Positions 49,001-64,000 of a DNA stretch of 64,000 nucleotides are shown piece by piece; positions within the stretch are counted from its first letter, which is position 1; each line of letters begins with the position of its first letter. The notes beneath the pieces are model-generated. The model saw only the letters and a program-made list of their open reading frames with translations, ran no database searches and was not told the origin of the DNA. The DNA is from Tubulanus polymorphus (lineage: Eukaryota; Animalia; Nemertea): contig NC_134034.1 of the NCBI RefSeq assembly GCF_964204645.1, positions 12,474,962-12,538,961 on the forward strand, in the 5' to 3' direction. The translations under genes were made by a program, and so were the position numbers.

Positions 49001-52000
49001 TTCCGAGCTTGGACGACGCGGATATATGCGGCTGCTTCCATGTAGCAGTGGGTGATGTCTTTCTGAGCAACCTGCACTTGTACATACTTTCTTTGACCGA
49101 CACTGGCGTGAACGGTGACCCCAGCGGAGGCAGGAGAAACACCGGCCATTGCTTGCAGCAAACTTCGCTCTGTCATCTGGCAATAAGGACGTGAAGACTG
49201 GACAATTCGTCAGGACGTGGTCACCTTTACAGCTTGGGCAGACTTCGGGCTTAGACTGGCTGAGCTGTGAACTGCTGGAACCAGTGGCAAGTGAAGACAC
49301 ATCAACTTCAGTGTTGTTCACGGACTTGAACGGCGTGGACTTCGGGCCTCGGGATGAACGGTCATCTGGCTTTGCTACATCTGCATAGCTGAGTAGAATT
49401 CGAAGCTGCAGAGCTAACCATTCACTGAAGTCGAGTAAAGTCGAACGTTGAGCTCGGTTTTCCAATTCTAGGACCTGCTTCCCCCAGTCTCGTTTCAGAT
49501 CTAGTGGTAATTTTTGGACAGCGCGGCGCAGGTTTTCGGCACTGGCGAGGTCACCATGAAACCCAAGTGTCTGTAGCGTGGTTACGGCTGAATGAACTGC
49601 TCCTTGGTAACTTTCGAGGGCTGTGGCGTCATGTGCTTTCAGCTGGGGATGGTCAAACACGACTCTGAAACAGGCATGGACAACATCATCCTCTTTCCCG
49701 TAACGGTTCATCAGGGCTTCAAGGGCATGGTGGTACAGGCGTCCATCATACAGCATACCAGCAATCAGCTTTTGCGGTGGACCTTCTACGGAGTTCTGTA
49801 GGTGCGCCATCTTCTCATCGTCTGCTAGCGAGTCTTGGCGATGGATGATAGAACAGAACAAACCAAACCATCTTGGCCAGTCTGCAGAGTCACCTCGAAA
49901 AACGGGCAGTTTCAGCTTGGGTACGGATTTCGCAAACGTTGAACTGCGTGGTCTTGGCGCTGCTGGCTGGAACGGCGTTGGTGGTAACGGCTCTGGACGT
50001 GGCGAGGGCGTACGTCTAGGCGGTGTTGTCGGTGCTGGCGGCCATCTAGGTTGGTAACTATCAGTATACGTGGACATCTGTGGCAATCGTGATGGTGCAG
50101 GAATCGGACGTGGCATCGACAAGTATGGCATATGTGTCACTCTCGGTGGCGACGTCTGGTGTCTGAGGTCTTCTGAAGGCAGTTCATCGACGGTCTCAAC
50201 ATCAGTTGGTGTTGGTGTTCGGGCCTCGAGGACGGCCGTCGTGATCTTCTCGACAGCTACTCGGTGTTTCCTGTATACTTCGGCCATATAATCGTCGGCA
50301 TCTTGAACATCCGCGTCATCTACCAGTAAGGCTACCAACTCTTCATTAATCTCGTCGATGGCGTCAACATATTGGCCTATCTGCAACAGGACAGCTTTCA
50401 GATCTTTTCGGGTTGCAGTGATGGCTATCAAGTCTTCAGCCTTCTGGCATTGACGCGTGAAGATACCCTTCTTAACCCCACGGGCTCGCCGCAGTTTCTT
50501 CAGCTTACCAGCTAACTCTTCCTCCATCCGGCTCGAGGGACCAGAAAATGTCGGCAAAACCAACTAACGGCAAAGAATTGAGAGGCGAAGAGTTGGTTGT
50601 CAAGCTGAAGTCTATATTTTAACTGCACCACATTTACAAATTACATGGGTTTATATAGTAAGGTAAGTTTACAAGAATAAAGTTTGGTATAGAAAAATAG
50701 TGCCAGACACTGACTTTGCACAATAACTTGGACCCGGGTGAACTATATTACAATACACATACTTGGAGTTCATGCAACCATAAACATACTGGGAATTAAT
50801 ACGGCGAACAACAGATTGAAGAATCAATATAAAATAAACGACCGTGAAGCGGGCATAATAATGCGATAAATCTGTAACACCCAGTTCCACAGTTGTGCGG
50901 GTTTAATTAGACTCTGGACCCAGTTCCACAGTTGTGCGGGTTTAATTAGACTCTGGGCCCGGTTCCACAGTTGTGCGGGTTTAATTAGACTCTAGACCCA
51001 GTTCCACAGTTGTGCGGATTTAATTTGACCCTGCGATCCAATTCCACAGTTATGTGGTTTTCATTCGACTCTGTACCCAGGTCCATATAGTCGTGTGGGT
51101 TTGATTAGACTCTAGATCCAGTACCTAAAGTTAAGACTCGGTTATATTCTGTCTCTCTCTACTTCAGGTGTGTTAGGATTCATATCAAACTCCTTATTCT
51201 TCGTCGCCTGGATAAGAACGCCCTCTTTACGTACCCCGATGAACTTGTTTTTGTTACACCTGGCTGTAGCAGACGCTGCTATGTGCGTAGTGGCGTTCCC
51301 GTTTGCGACGATCGCCGCTTTTCAGGTACCGTATTTCGGGTTAACACAAAATGAAAAATACATTATCAATAATCTCAATCTGTTGGTAATGATGCAATAT
51401 GTTGATGATATACATTTTTCCTACTGCTTAGAAAACTATAAAACAAGGAGGTGTGACCAGAAGCGGATCCGAGGGGACGGTGCAGCACATACGGTGCAGG
51501 GGGGGGGGATGCAGAGCGATCGTTTTTAAAACAGCCAAGTTGCCTTGAAGTTTCAAAGGAAAATGAAAAATAATGAACTGAACGCAAATTCAAAGTTTCC
51601 ATTCACAAGCTCGTCCTCTGTATTTCCAAAAATGAGTCAATGTTTTGCGACGAGCAATCTTTCGGGTGCCTTTTAAATCATTTGTGCCCTATTTTGGGGG
51701 TCGACCCCTCCCCGAATCAGACCCTAGATCCGCCCCTGGGTGGCCTTTGTATATACTTTGTATAGACTATGTATGGGGATTGCTATCTTAACTACGATGA
51801 CTGTTTGACGCTTTTATGATATATAACGCTTTCTAATCAAGAGAGATGCTTTGATCTACCCTGTTTCCGCTGCTGCTATTGTCAGCAGAGACTAGCTATG
51901 GAAAAGTAAAAAGTTCAATTTGTTTAATCAGTAACTCACAGAGGTCGTCCTAAACCTCCTGTTTCTATCAAGCTACGAGCAATTATCTGAGTTAGATAAT

Positions 52001-54351
52001 TGTTCGTAGCATCAAGGGGGTAATTTGTTTAACGAGATAAAATAATGAATCAATCTAGCAGAGTCTATATTTTACCGACCGACCACACCCATTTAGATGA
52101 TCTACACGACTTTCTGTTGAGTTGAATGACTAAGAATCCTCCGTTCTTATGCGAATCAAATTTAGTAGAACCAAAATGCATAAATACAGTCAGAACCCCC
52201 GATATACCGCCCGCATCGGTGCAGAACGGTTTCGGCGGTATAGAGAGTATGGTGGTATATCGGGGGTGTTTAACTATGTATTTGTATAGAGATGTACATT
52301 GAGAAGGTGGGGTGGTGGTATATGGGAGGGCGGTATATCGGGGGTGTTAAACTATGTATTTGTATAGAGATGTACGGGAAGGTGGGGTGGTGGTATATGG
52401 GAGGGTGGTATATTGGGGGTGTTTAACTATGTATTTGTATATAGAGATGTACATTGAGAAGGCGGGAGTGGTGGTATATGGGAGGGTGGTATATTGGGGG
52501 TGTTTAACTCTGTATTTGTATAGAGATGTACATTGAGAAGGCGGGGGTGGTGGTATATGGGAGGGTGGTATATCGGGGGTGTTTAACTATGTATTTGTAT
52601 ATAGAGATGTACATTGAGAAGGCGGGAGTGGTGGTATATGGGAGGGTGGTATATCGGGGGTGTTTTACTATGTATTTGTATAGAGATGTACGGGAAGGTG
52701 GGGTGGTGGTATATGGGAGGGTGGTATATTGGGGGTGTTTAACTATGTATTTGTATATAGAGATGTACATTGAGACGGCGGGAGTGGTGGTATATGGGAG
52801 GGCGGTATATTGGGGGTTGACTGTAGGTCTTAATGTATTTTTGGTAATACGCGAGTAATATGTTTCAATGTTTGTAATATTTGCTGTACATACAGAACGA
52901 ATGGAGATTCGGCTCGGCTGCCTGTGATTGGTACGGGTTCATCGGGTTTCTAACCGGTAACGGAAGCATCACGATGTTAGCCGCGATCAGTTTCGACCGG
53001 TATCTACACGTGTGGAAACCGTTCAGCCGTAAGTACCGTAACCTGCCACCAGGGGGAGCTAACATTCATTGCGACCGATTTGATTCATATAGTTCTAGGG
53101 AATGTAGATAAAGTAGAAGAAAATTTACAGTATAATAAATCATATTTCATTTTACCGAACCTATAATGTCATAGTGACTAAGTCATGTAACTGTTTTATA
53201 TTGTGGTTACATCTTCTCGCATTTCAGCGTTTTGTATGGGATCCATGAGAAAAGTGTGGATAGTCAGTTGTAGTATATGGTTGTATTCGATCACGTGGTC
53301 TCTGTGCCCGATATTCGGCTGGAGTAGCTACGCGCTGGAACCCCACGGCGTAAGTTCATCTATAATCCAGAGTTTGGAATAATAACAATACATTGACTCT
53401 GCGCGAAACTGTTAATTATGTCACTTACTCAGTTCAGGGAGGTTCAAAACCTTTATAATAACCAAACTCATTTCAGTAACTGGGACAACTGGGGTCCAGT
53501 AACTGGTGGCTAAGACCTGCTGGGGCCGGTTGCATAGTCATGGCTTAGATTTAAGACCAATCTAAGACCAACTTCGTTCTATACTCGATCTAACAACTTA
53601 AGACCAGTCTTAAGATTTAAGACCACTTTTGGACTGTCACGACTGTGCAACTGGGCCCTGGGGCTAGTAACTGGGGTCCAATAACTGAGGTCCAATAACT
53701 GACCAATCATTTATAATTGCAGATTGTGCCAATTGGATTTGATAGATTCAAAGTTAGAAGAAATTGATTTGACAAAGTCAAGATCGGTTTTAAATTTCAT
53801 TGCAGACGTCCTGTACTGTAGACTGGTTTAGTGACGGAACCGGAAACCTGACTTTCATCGTCGCCATGTTTGTGTTCGTGTTTTTTATTCCGCTAATCGT
53901 CATGATCTTTTCGTACGGATCGATCATGAAATGGACGCGCATGCGCACCAAGAAATTCAAAGAAAGCGCCACCATAACCGATTCGGAGAAGCAGCAAATC
54001 AAATCTGAACGCAAAATCATACTGGCAAGTTTCAATCGCAATTTGTCTGATAAAACCTGATTTTTGTTTATTCCTGAAAAAAAATTCACGAAGAATCTAA
54101 TCTAATTACAGATGGGCGTAACTATGGTTTCAGCGTTTTTGTTCTGTTGGACGCCGTACGCCATTGTGTCGTTTATGGGCACGTTGGGCTTGTATGATCA
54201 GTATTCAATACAGTGGTCAGCATTTGCCCCGGTGCTCGCTAAATCTGCCGTTATCGTCAACCCGATCATTTACTGCGTCACGAATCAAAAATTTCGTTCC
54301 GCTTATTACAAAATAATCTTCTGTCGATCGCCGACTCAAGTTCACCCGTAA
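43067..54351 (+). CDS. Opsin B, tandem paralogue of opsin A, 326 aa, 6 exons; intron 1 hosts an LTR retrotransposon
   Basis: Exons 43067-43175, 51168-51325, 52896-53028, 53228-53349, 53806-54024 (GC donor) and 54112-54351. Intron positions and phases are the same as opsin A. K296 at 54241-54243; DRY, E181, NPIIY and NQKFR are intact. Confidence 0.92.
43190..43638. repeat. 20-bp minisatellite (ccagttccacagttctgggt), ~22 copies, at the start of opsin B intron 1
   Basis: Direct tandem units beginning ~15 nt after the donor. Confidence 0.9.
43847..43912 (+). other. tRNA-derived SINE head or pseudo-tRNA
   Basis: A box tggtctagtgg and B box ggttcgaatc at tRNA-like spacing, but no acceptor stem. 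Confidence 0.5.
44541..50879 (-). mobile_element. Full-length BEL/Pao LTR retrotransposon
   Basis: 331-bp LTRs at 44541-44871 and 50549-50879 (TG...CA), with no differences seen by eye. 5-bp TSD CCCAG at 44536-44540 and 50880-50884. PBS TGGTCCCTCGAGCCGGAT (50543->50526) resembles the complement of a tRNA-Tyr 3' end. Purine tract GGAGGAAA precedes the 3' LTR. Confidence 0.97.
45011..50527 (-). CDS. BEL/Pao gag-pol polyprotein (~1838 aa from ATG 50527), uninterrupted
   Basis: Gag (LPVFRGD..W..W..F; three Cys/His knuckles), aspartic protease LDPGS, RT (RVVFDA, YMDD), RNase H (FCDASEKAFG; RLEL), integrase (H..H..C..C, IGIDYFGP, SDNGTN, GVWERL) and the Pao-type C-terminal FWQRWRKEY..KW domain. 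Confidence 0.97.
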   Translation of the reverse strand: MEEELAGKLKKLRRARGVKKGIFTRQCQKAEDLIAITATRKDLKAVLLQIGQYVDAIDEINEELVALLVDDADVQDADDYMAEVYRKHRVAVEKITTAVLEARTPTPTDVETVDELPSEDLRHQTSPPRVTHMPYLSMPRPIPAPSRLPQMSTYTDSYQPRWPPAPTTPPRRTPSPRPEPLPPTPFQPAAPRPRSSTFAKSVPKLKLPVFRGDSADWPRWFGLFCSIIHRQDSLADDEKMAHLQNSVEGPPQKLIAGMLYDGRLYHHALEALMNRYGKEDDVVHACFRVVFDHPQLKAHDATALESYQGAVHSAVTTLQTLGFHGDLASAENLRRAVQKLPLDLKRDWGKQVLELENRAQRSTLLDFSEWLALQLRILLSYADVAKPDDRSSRGPKSTPFKSVNNTEVDVSSLATGSSSSQLSQSKPEVCPSCKGDHVLTNCPVFTSLLPDDRAKFAASNGRCFSCLRWGHRSRQCRSKKVCTSAGCSERHHPLLHGSSRIYPRRPSSEGSSQPSTGTVPQPVADKKPQEDPPKKLVYTLARKPAVSDEVLLQVVPLRLHGDDGKFVDTFAVLDPGSQTSLCSQEIVDQLGLDGEDKMLRLNTVEGQGCQRAVKLVKLDVAPLASGSTQKLINVDEVWSVPALKIPVAHTRLKPKQSWSHLDDIEVSSPDISDVQVLLGANVTEAIVQHESRVGKPNQPIAVRTDFGWALTGRTCNFLSPAGSSPSVYLFKKSNEENDELTALVREWWSTESFGVKYSKMEVQSLEDTRAQKMLEDNTHLVDGHYVTKLLWQRSDVKLPDNKPCALNRLRSVEKMLKNDAKKTDAYSKTFQTYLEKGYARKLTAKEADVPSPKRWFLPHHAVCNPKKKKLRVVFDAASSYQGVSLNNQLMSGPDFLQRLPGILLRFRQEPVAVMGDIEAMYHQVKIAEEDQPALSFLWRDLEDREPDAYQMVVNIFGARCSAAIACFALRKTADEPGVAADVRDAILRDFYMDDFLHSETTPPEATRMVQDVTRTVRHGGFRLTKLLSNSREVIQALPPGELSVDVATDRLPSERALGVWWNAETDEIGIKLPSLELKRFSRRELLRLISSIFDPFGMIAPVIIRAKIQMQATWSRKLHWDAELPEEDVVQWRELLQDLPKLSEVTIPRCFKPTDVEPVRRELHLFCDASEKAFGAVAYFRMMMPDGTTRCCFVMSKTRVAPLKKMSIVRLELQAAVLAVRLGESIKKEVTCHIDETLYWSDSKVVLSYVSNESKRFHMFVAVRVAEIHDSTIPKQWRHVPGSQNPADDCSRGIPAAALAERWFQAPVFLYQSEDSWPDVSLPIVNLDTNDPEIRRSVNITARTKANHVLDPSRFSSWTRYRRVVACVLRFIRNAGSQIKKSSCRIGPLTATEMDAARLLVIKSAQEDGFPEEYSAIKAQKKIARSSKLLQLCPTIDEDGILRARGRLKNADVDVAVKFPMILPRSHDVTRLIVTAIHVLLMHEGPEHTLNEVRQEYYVPRARSTVKKIVRQCMKCKLRRVQPEVPLMSDLPAARFNTSFPFSCIGIDYFGPFDVRRLRKTEKRYGLLVTCLSTRAVHIEVSHSLDTDSFLMSFRRFIARRGRPATVYSDNGTNLKSGERELRHSLDALNQQRINDEMSQRQIQWFYNPPTASHMGGVWERLVSSVKKCLKVVIGNLTPTDEVLHTVLVEVEAVLNSRPLTYTDANDICPSALTPCHFLLGRSSPNLSPVISDVAVSHQRRWKQAQTLADHFWQRWRKEYVPTLIRRSKWTRQTRNLEIGDVVLVVDDRCPRSYWKLGRIVDVFPGADGVVRSAEVKLSTGLLRRPVSKLCVLEKSDI
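52185..52825. mobile_element. TA-flanked MITE whose right subterminal ~85-bp segment is tandemly amplified ~6-7 times
   Basis: TA|CAGTCAGAACCCCCGATATACC ... GGTATATTGGGGGTTGACTG|TA termini; internal ggtggtatatgggaggg units. Confidence 0.75.
53522..53658. mobile_element. Short palindromic MITE (ggggccggttgcatagtc...gactgtgcaactgggccc)
   Basis: Inverted termini; internal ttaagacc repeats. Confidence 0.65.
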
Positions 54352-54433
54352 ATCGACATCATTCGATCGATTGAGTGGGCTCGAACCCCGGCGTCGAATA
54401 TGAATTCTGCTTTTGTTTTGTGCACAATATTTT

Positions 54434-54511
54434 AAGTTAAGTTAAGTTAAGTTAAGTTAAGTTAAGTTAAGTTAAGTTAAGTTAAGTTAAGTTAAGTTAA
54501 GTTAAGTTAAG
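54434..54511. repeat. (AAGTT)n pentanucleotide repeat in the opsin B 3'UTR
   Basis: Direct inspection. Confidence 0.95.
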
Positions 54512-57355
54512 TCCTAACCCCTCGTCCATTCACTCCCACATGCACACCCTCATTCACTCTCATGTGCACACGTTACCAAACATTTGGATACATACATATA
54601 TTCAAAATGGAATAGGTCGTAAACATGTTTATAGATATTAATCCCTCTTTTATATTTTCCTTTATGCCATAGAAACACGAGACGTACTGAAAGTATTTTA
54701 TTCCTGATGGTGGCGGCCCAGTCGGCTTGGATTTAGTTGGAAAACAAATTCATGCATTTTGTAGAATAGAATTATGATTACGATTCAAAATGAAGTAATA
54801 CGAACTCAGTTTAAGAAACACATGTTTGAATATAACGCAATAATTAGTGAATTATTAGTAAATAAATAAAGATTTGAAAAGAAAAAATCTTCTCTTATCT
54901 CTTCTTTTCGTTATTAGAATATGGGTAACGTCACATAGTGCGTCATTCTGGCCGTCGACTGGGACTTTTTATTTCAGCCATGAATTTATTCGGTGAAAAT
55001 TACGTGTTTTGCAAATGAGACCAAGATATTGTCATTATGATTATGTTTAAACACTGATTAAGACGGCTTGACCAGCCCCTCCCCCACTCCTCCAGCGTTT
55101 GTCGTGTCAGAACAGACCACACAACTCGTCCCTGTTCAATCTTAACAAGGTTCAGTTAACATAATTAACCTTATTAGTTTCGAGTTTGGACAGGTATTCG
55201 TTCCCTGGCTATATTTAAATCGACGCAAAACTGCTCTTGAATTCAGTAGTGACCGCCTGACCGCCACGAGAGGACCATTTCAGTCACGGATCTCAGAGAC
55301 GTTGTAGCAGTAAGTTTTCTTCATGATAATAGTTAAACACTATATACAGTCCACAGTTAACTAAACCTCAGTATCTTAGGATTAAGAGAGAGAGAGAGAG
55401 AGAGATAGGGGTCTGAAACTTTGAAACATTTTTGATCTCAATTCTTTATGATATGATTTCGTTTTTAATCTTTGAAATGTATTTCTAGTTGGTCTTGTTA
55501 TCTAGTTCTCCTCAGTAGGTACCGGTATTTTACTATTGCGAAATGGCTTTTTCGTACGCTATATTCTACTCAACTTTCTTGTCATGTTCATTCATTGTTC
55601 GACAAAAACAGATCATTTTCTGCACAGAATCATTCATTGTACCCTTTTGGGCCATAGTAACCTTTCCAAAAAATCATCGTTTTTTTTTTTTACTATACGA
55701 ATTACTCGATATTTCTGCAATGAAAACAACTTTTAAAATTGTTTAAATGAATCGGAACCGAATTTCCCAATTATGTATTTCGATTTAAACAAAATACTTT
55801 CGGAAACTCAACCGCCGATCACACAACTATGTCTGTACTTCGATTTCCGATTTCAAAATCAAACCCCCCGTTTCGCTCCCAGCAGGTGTGGTGGGTCTGT
55901 AAGGGACACTCAATCAGAAAATCAAACGAAATTTACAAACCAAATAAATAACAGGGACAATCCCTATTTTAAGATTAAAAAGATGTGTATTAAAGAGCGT
56001 GACCGTGACGTCAACAGGTTTAGACTCTATAGATAATGTGCGGTCGTTAGGAAATTTGGAATGGATTTGGACCTTTTTAAGAGAAATTCTACCCCTTTCT
56101 TTGAAAAATCCTAGGGACGCCCTTCAACGATTCAGTAAAATTATTTTTAGTTACTAATGACTGACGACCTTCTCATTATCGATAACTTCAACGATTCAGT
56201 AAAATTGTTAATAGTTGTTAATGACGACCTTCTCATTCTCAATAATTTCATCGATTCAGTAAAATTATGATGAATTACGATATGGTTTGGTTGTAATAAA
56301 GCTCTGAAACGGGTGATCATAATTTTCCTCGTGACTTCGTGCAATTGGGATTGGCTTTGACTCCTATTTATACTTTCTAAGAAATCTCGATTATGCTTTT
56401 GTTTCCATATTTTGGAAAATCCAACAAATAAATCTTTCAACCGATTCAATTTTAACGGAATTTTGAAATATGGTTCAATGCACTTTAAGCCGGGCGCACA
56501 CTAGGCACGTCTTTTCCAGCCCGGCTTTATCATAAAGAGGCCGTTTCGTATGGGCAAGTTCATTGATGTATTCCGTAACCAAAATAAATGGTCGTTATCG
56601 ATGTAATTAATATTCAATTCAACTGCAATCACTCACGCGATTAAAACTTGACTTTAATGAAGATTGTGTGTTCGGGCAGATTTACTCATTAAGGCGCGTC
56701 GATCTTAGGATTAGTAGTTGTCAGTTTGGTTTCGGCGAGCTTCTCACAGAGTCTCAACTCCGCTCACAATACGGTTTGTCTACTGAACGAATAGTTGATT
56801 TTCTATTAATTAATTTTTCATAAATAAACTAAACATTCTAGGCGACATATTAGCTCGTGAATAAAAGAAAACGAAATTTCTGAATTGATTTGATTCCTCG
56901 TTATTTCACTGCATTTAGGAATCTTGTAAAAAATTGTTCACTAATTGTTGTTTGTTGAAAATATTTCGACTCCTAAATGTTTCAGTTAATTTTTAAATCG
57001 ATTGAATAAGAGGAACTGCATCATTTCGTGAAAACGTAAAGCTAGCGACTAATTTACAGACTTGACCTTCATTTAGGAAAGTTCAAGGTTATTTTTTACC
57101 GGGATGTCGCCGGAAGTAATGATCAGGATGTACCGATTTTCCACCGGGAGAACAAATCGGTCGAAGTTAATTGCCGGATCAGATTTCATTTATAATTAAT
57201 TGCTTGTGACTGCACGTCCACCACCAGTGAATTCTTCACTCAAAAAACCTTTTTTTAGAAATATTGCCTTCAGCGTTTAAAATCGATGGCGACGAACGGA
57301 TATCAGACATGCGATAAACGATGAATGTTTTTTTTTTCCAGGGATAATTACAGAA

Positions 57356-62611
<5,256 letters not shown>

Positions 62612-64000
62612 AAGAAAAGTCTGTAAAATAATTCAAGAATACTTCACCCTAGAGTGTGACCGAAACATTTGAAACATAATTTGAAAACTCCGAAAGAACT
62701 ACCACCAAGGAGTGGGCCACCTGTTTTGTGGGTCATCTGTATTGTGGGTCACCTATCTTGTGGGGCACGTTTTGTGGGTCACCTTTCTTGTGGGTCACCT
62801 GTTTGTAATGGTCGGCTCAGGGAGAATTTTACTAAAACGTATTAATGGAAAATCGCTATACAAGATATTTCATATACTTTTATATCTTTATCATCTTTTC
62901 TATTCATACTAATAATTATCTATTTCAGTTTATTCACGTTAAAAAAAAACTATATTAGTTATTGGTGTGTCTATGGCGTGATGTATGAAACAATCAACAA
63001 AAATAATTAATAACTCATTCCTAGTTTAGTTGTCGTGTGTTTTTCTTACCTAAGTTTATAGAAATAACAAGTTTGTTAATGCATTGTCAAACATAAAACA
63101 AGATCTTACTACGATTGGCATACACCTCAACATAGAACATCAGATATCGAAATCCTAAAACAACTTACTGCAGATCGTGAGCAGTGGTGACATTAAGTAC
63201 ACGACATCTTGGCGCAGCGGCGCTTGCTGATGTAACCGGTGATGATGATGCATTATTTCTACTATATTGCATATTTTCTTTACTTTCTTTGTATCAATAT
63301 TTTTAGTTTTCTTCAGCTTTTCAATTGTGGTCGGATTTACTTTGCTTATATACATTGTTGTTCTTCGCCAAAAGATATTGTGTAATTTATAGAACTTATA
63401 TTCATATTTAAATTATAGAGTTCTTCGACATTTATTTTATGAAATTCAGTTGATCTAATTAAAAAAAACAATAAACTACATACACAATTTGAGTTAAGCT
63501 TTTCTTTATATGAGGCGTTGCGTGATTTTTTAGTTCAATAGTTTAGGAAGGGCAGAAGTAGCTAGAAATGGAACCAATGTATCCAAGAAAAATGAACTGG
63601 GGTTGGGGCTGGTTTTAACATCAATTTCACTGGTAGTAGTAGTTTGGGAACGACAGAAGCAGTTGGGCTTTTCAAGGAGCACGACTTAACAACAAACGCA
63701 TCCAAGCTTAATGAACCGGGGGTTGGAGTTCTATAAACTGGTTTCAACATCGATTTCACGGAAGAATGGAGGTCTCGATGCTGTTTTTGAATAACTATTG
63801 CTGGTTTTCCAGTTTGAACGGACTAGATCTCACCAGGCGCGGATACAGGGGGCCTTGGGTGCATATCCCTCTTGGAAAGTTTCCGTCATATGACTTATTT
63901 TCAGGTTTTCAACGCTACATTTAAGAATACATGGCAATAGTTATATTTGGGAGTACATCTTAAAATCATTATACTGCGAATTTTGTTAAACACAAAAAGA

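Noticed and set aside
37473-54351. Assignment of the opsins to c-opsin, r-opsin or xenopsin
   Set aside because: No HPK(F/Y) r-opsin motif. EPxGTSCTxDW, APxLAK and intron positions look more like group-4 opsins. The exact subfamily needs a phylogeny, so no gene symbol is given.

Overview
Intron-rich eukaryotic DNA from a protostome invertebrate. The protostome call is inferred from miR-279-family hairpins; a lophotrochozoan is plausible but not provable from this window. Manual exon reconstruction supports seven protein-coding genes, in order: the 3' end of AVL9 (+); HOP2/PSMC3IP (-); TMEM198 (+); a ~1812-aa multi-C2H2 zinc-finger protein (+); two tandem group-4 (tetraopsin, peropsin/Go-opsin-like) opsins (+); and a secreted 2xTSP1 + 3xF-type-lectin protein (+). 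An intact BEL/Pao LTR retrotransposon with apparently identical LTRs sits in intron 1 of the second opsin. MITEs, SINE fragments, and mini- and microsatellites are abundant. Highlights not in the ORF track: (1) five miR-279-family pre-miRNA hairpins in the last intron of the meiotic gene HOP2, with seed matches in a minisatellite in the 3'UTR of the divergently oriented neighbour TMEM198; (2) about 11 co-oriented CTCF-consensus motifs just after a TMEM198 splice donor; (3) an opsin pair homogenised by patchy gene conversion yet differing at counterion site 113 (Asp vs Tyr) and sharing a GC-AG intron. Gene identities come from recalled family motifs, not database searches, and coordinates were counted by hand.
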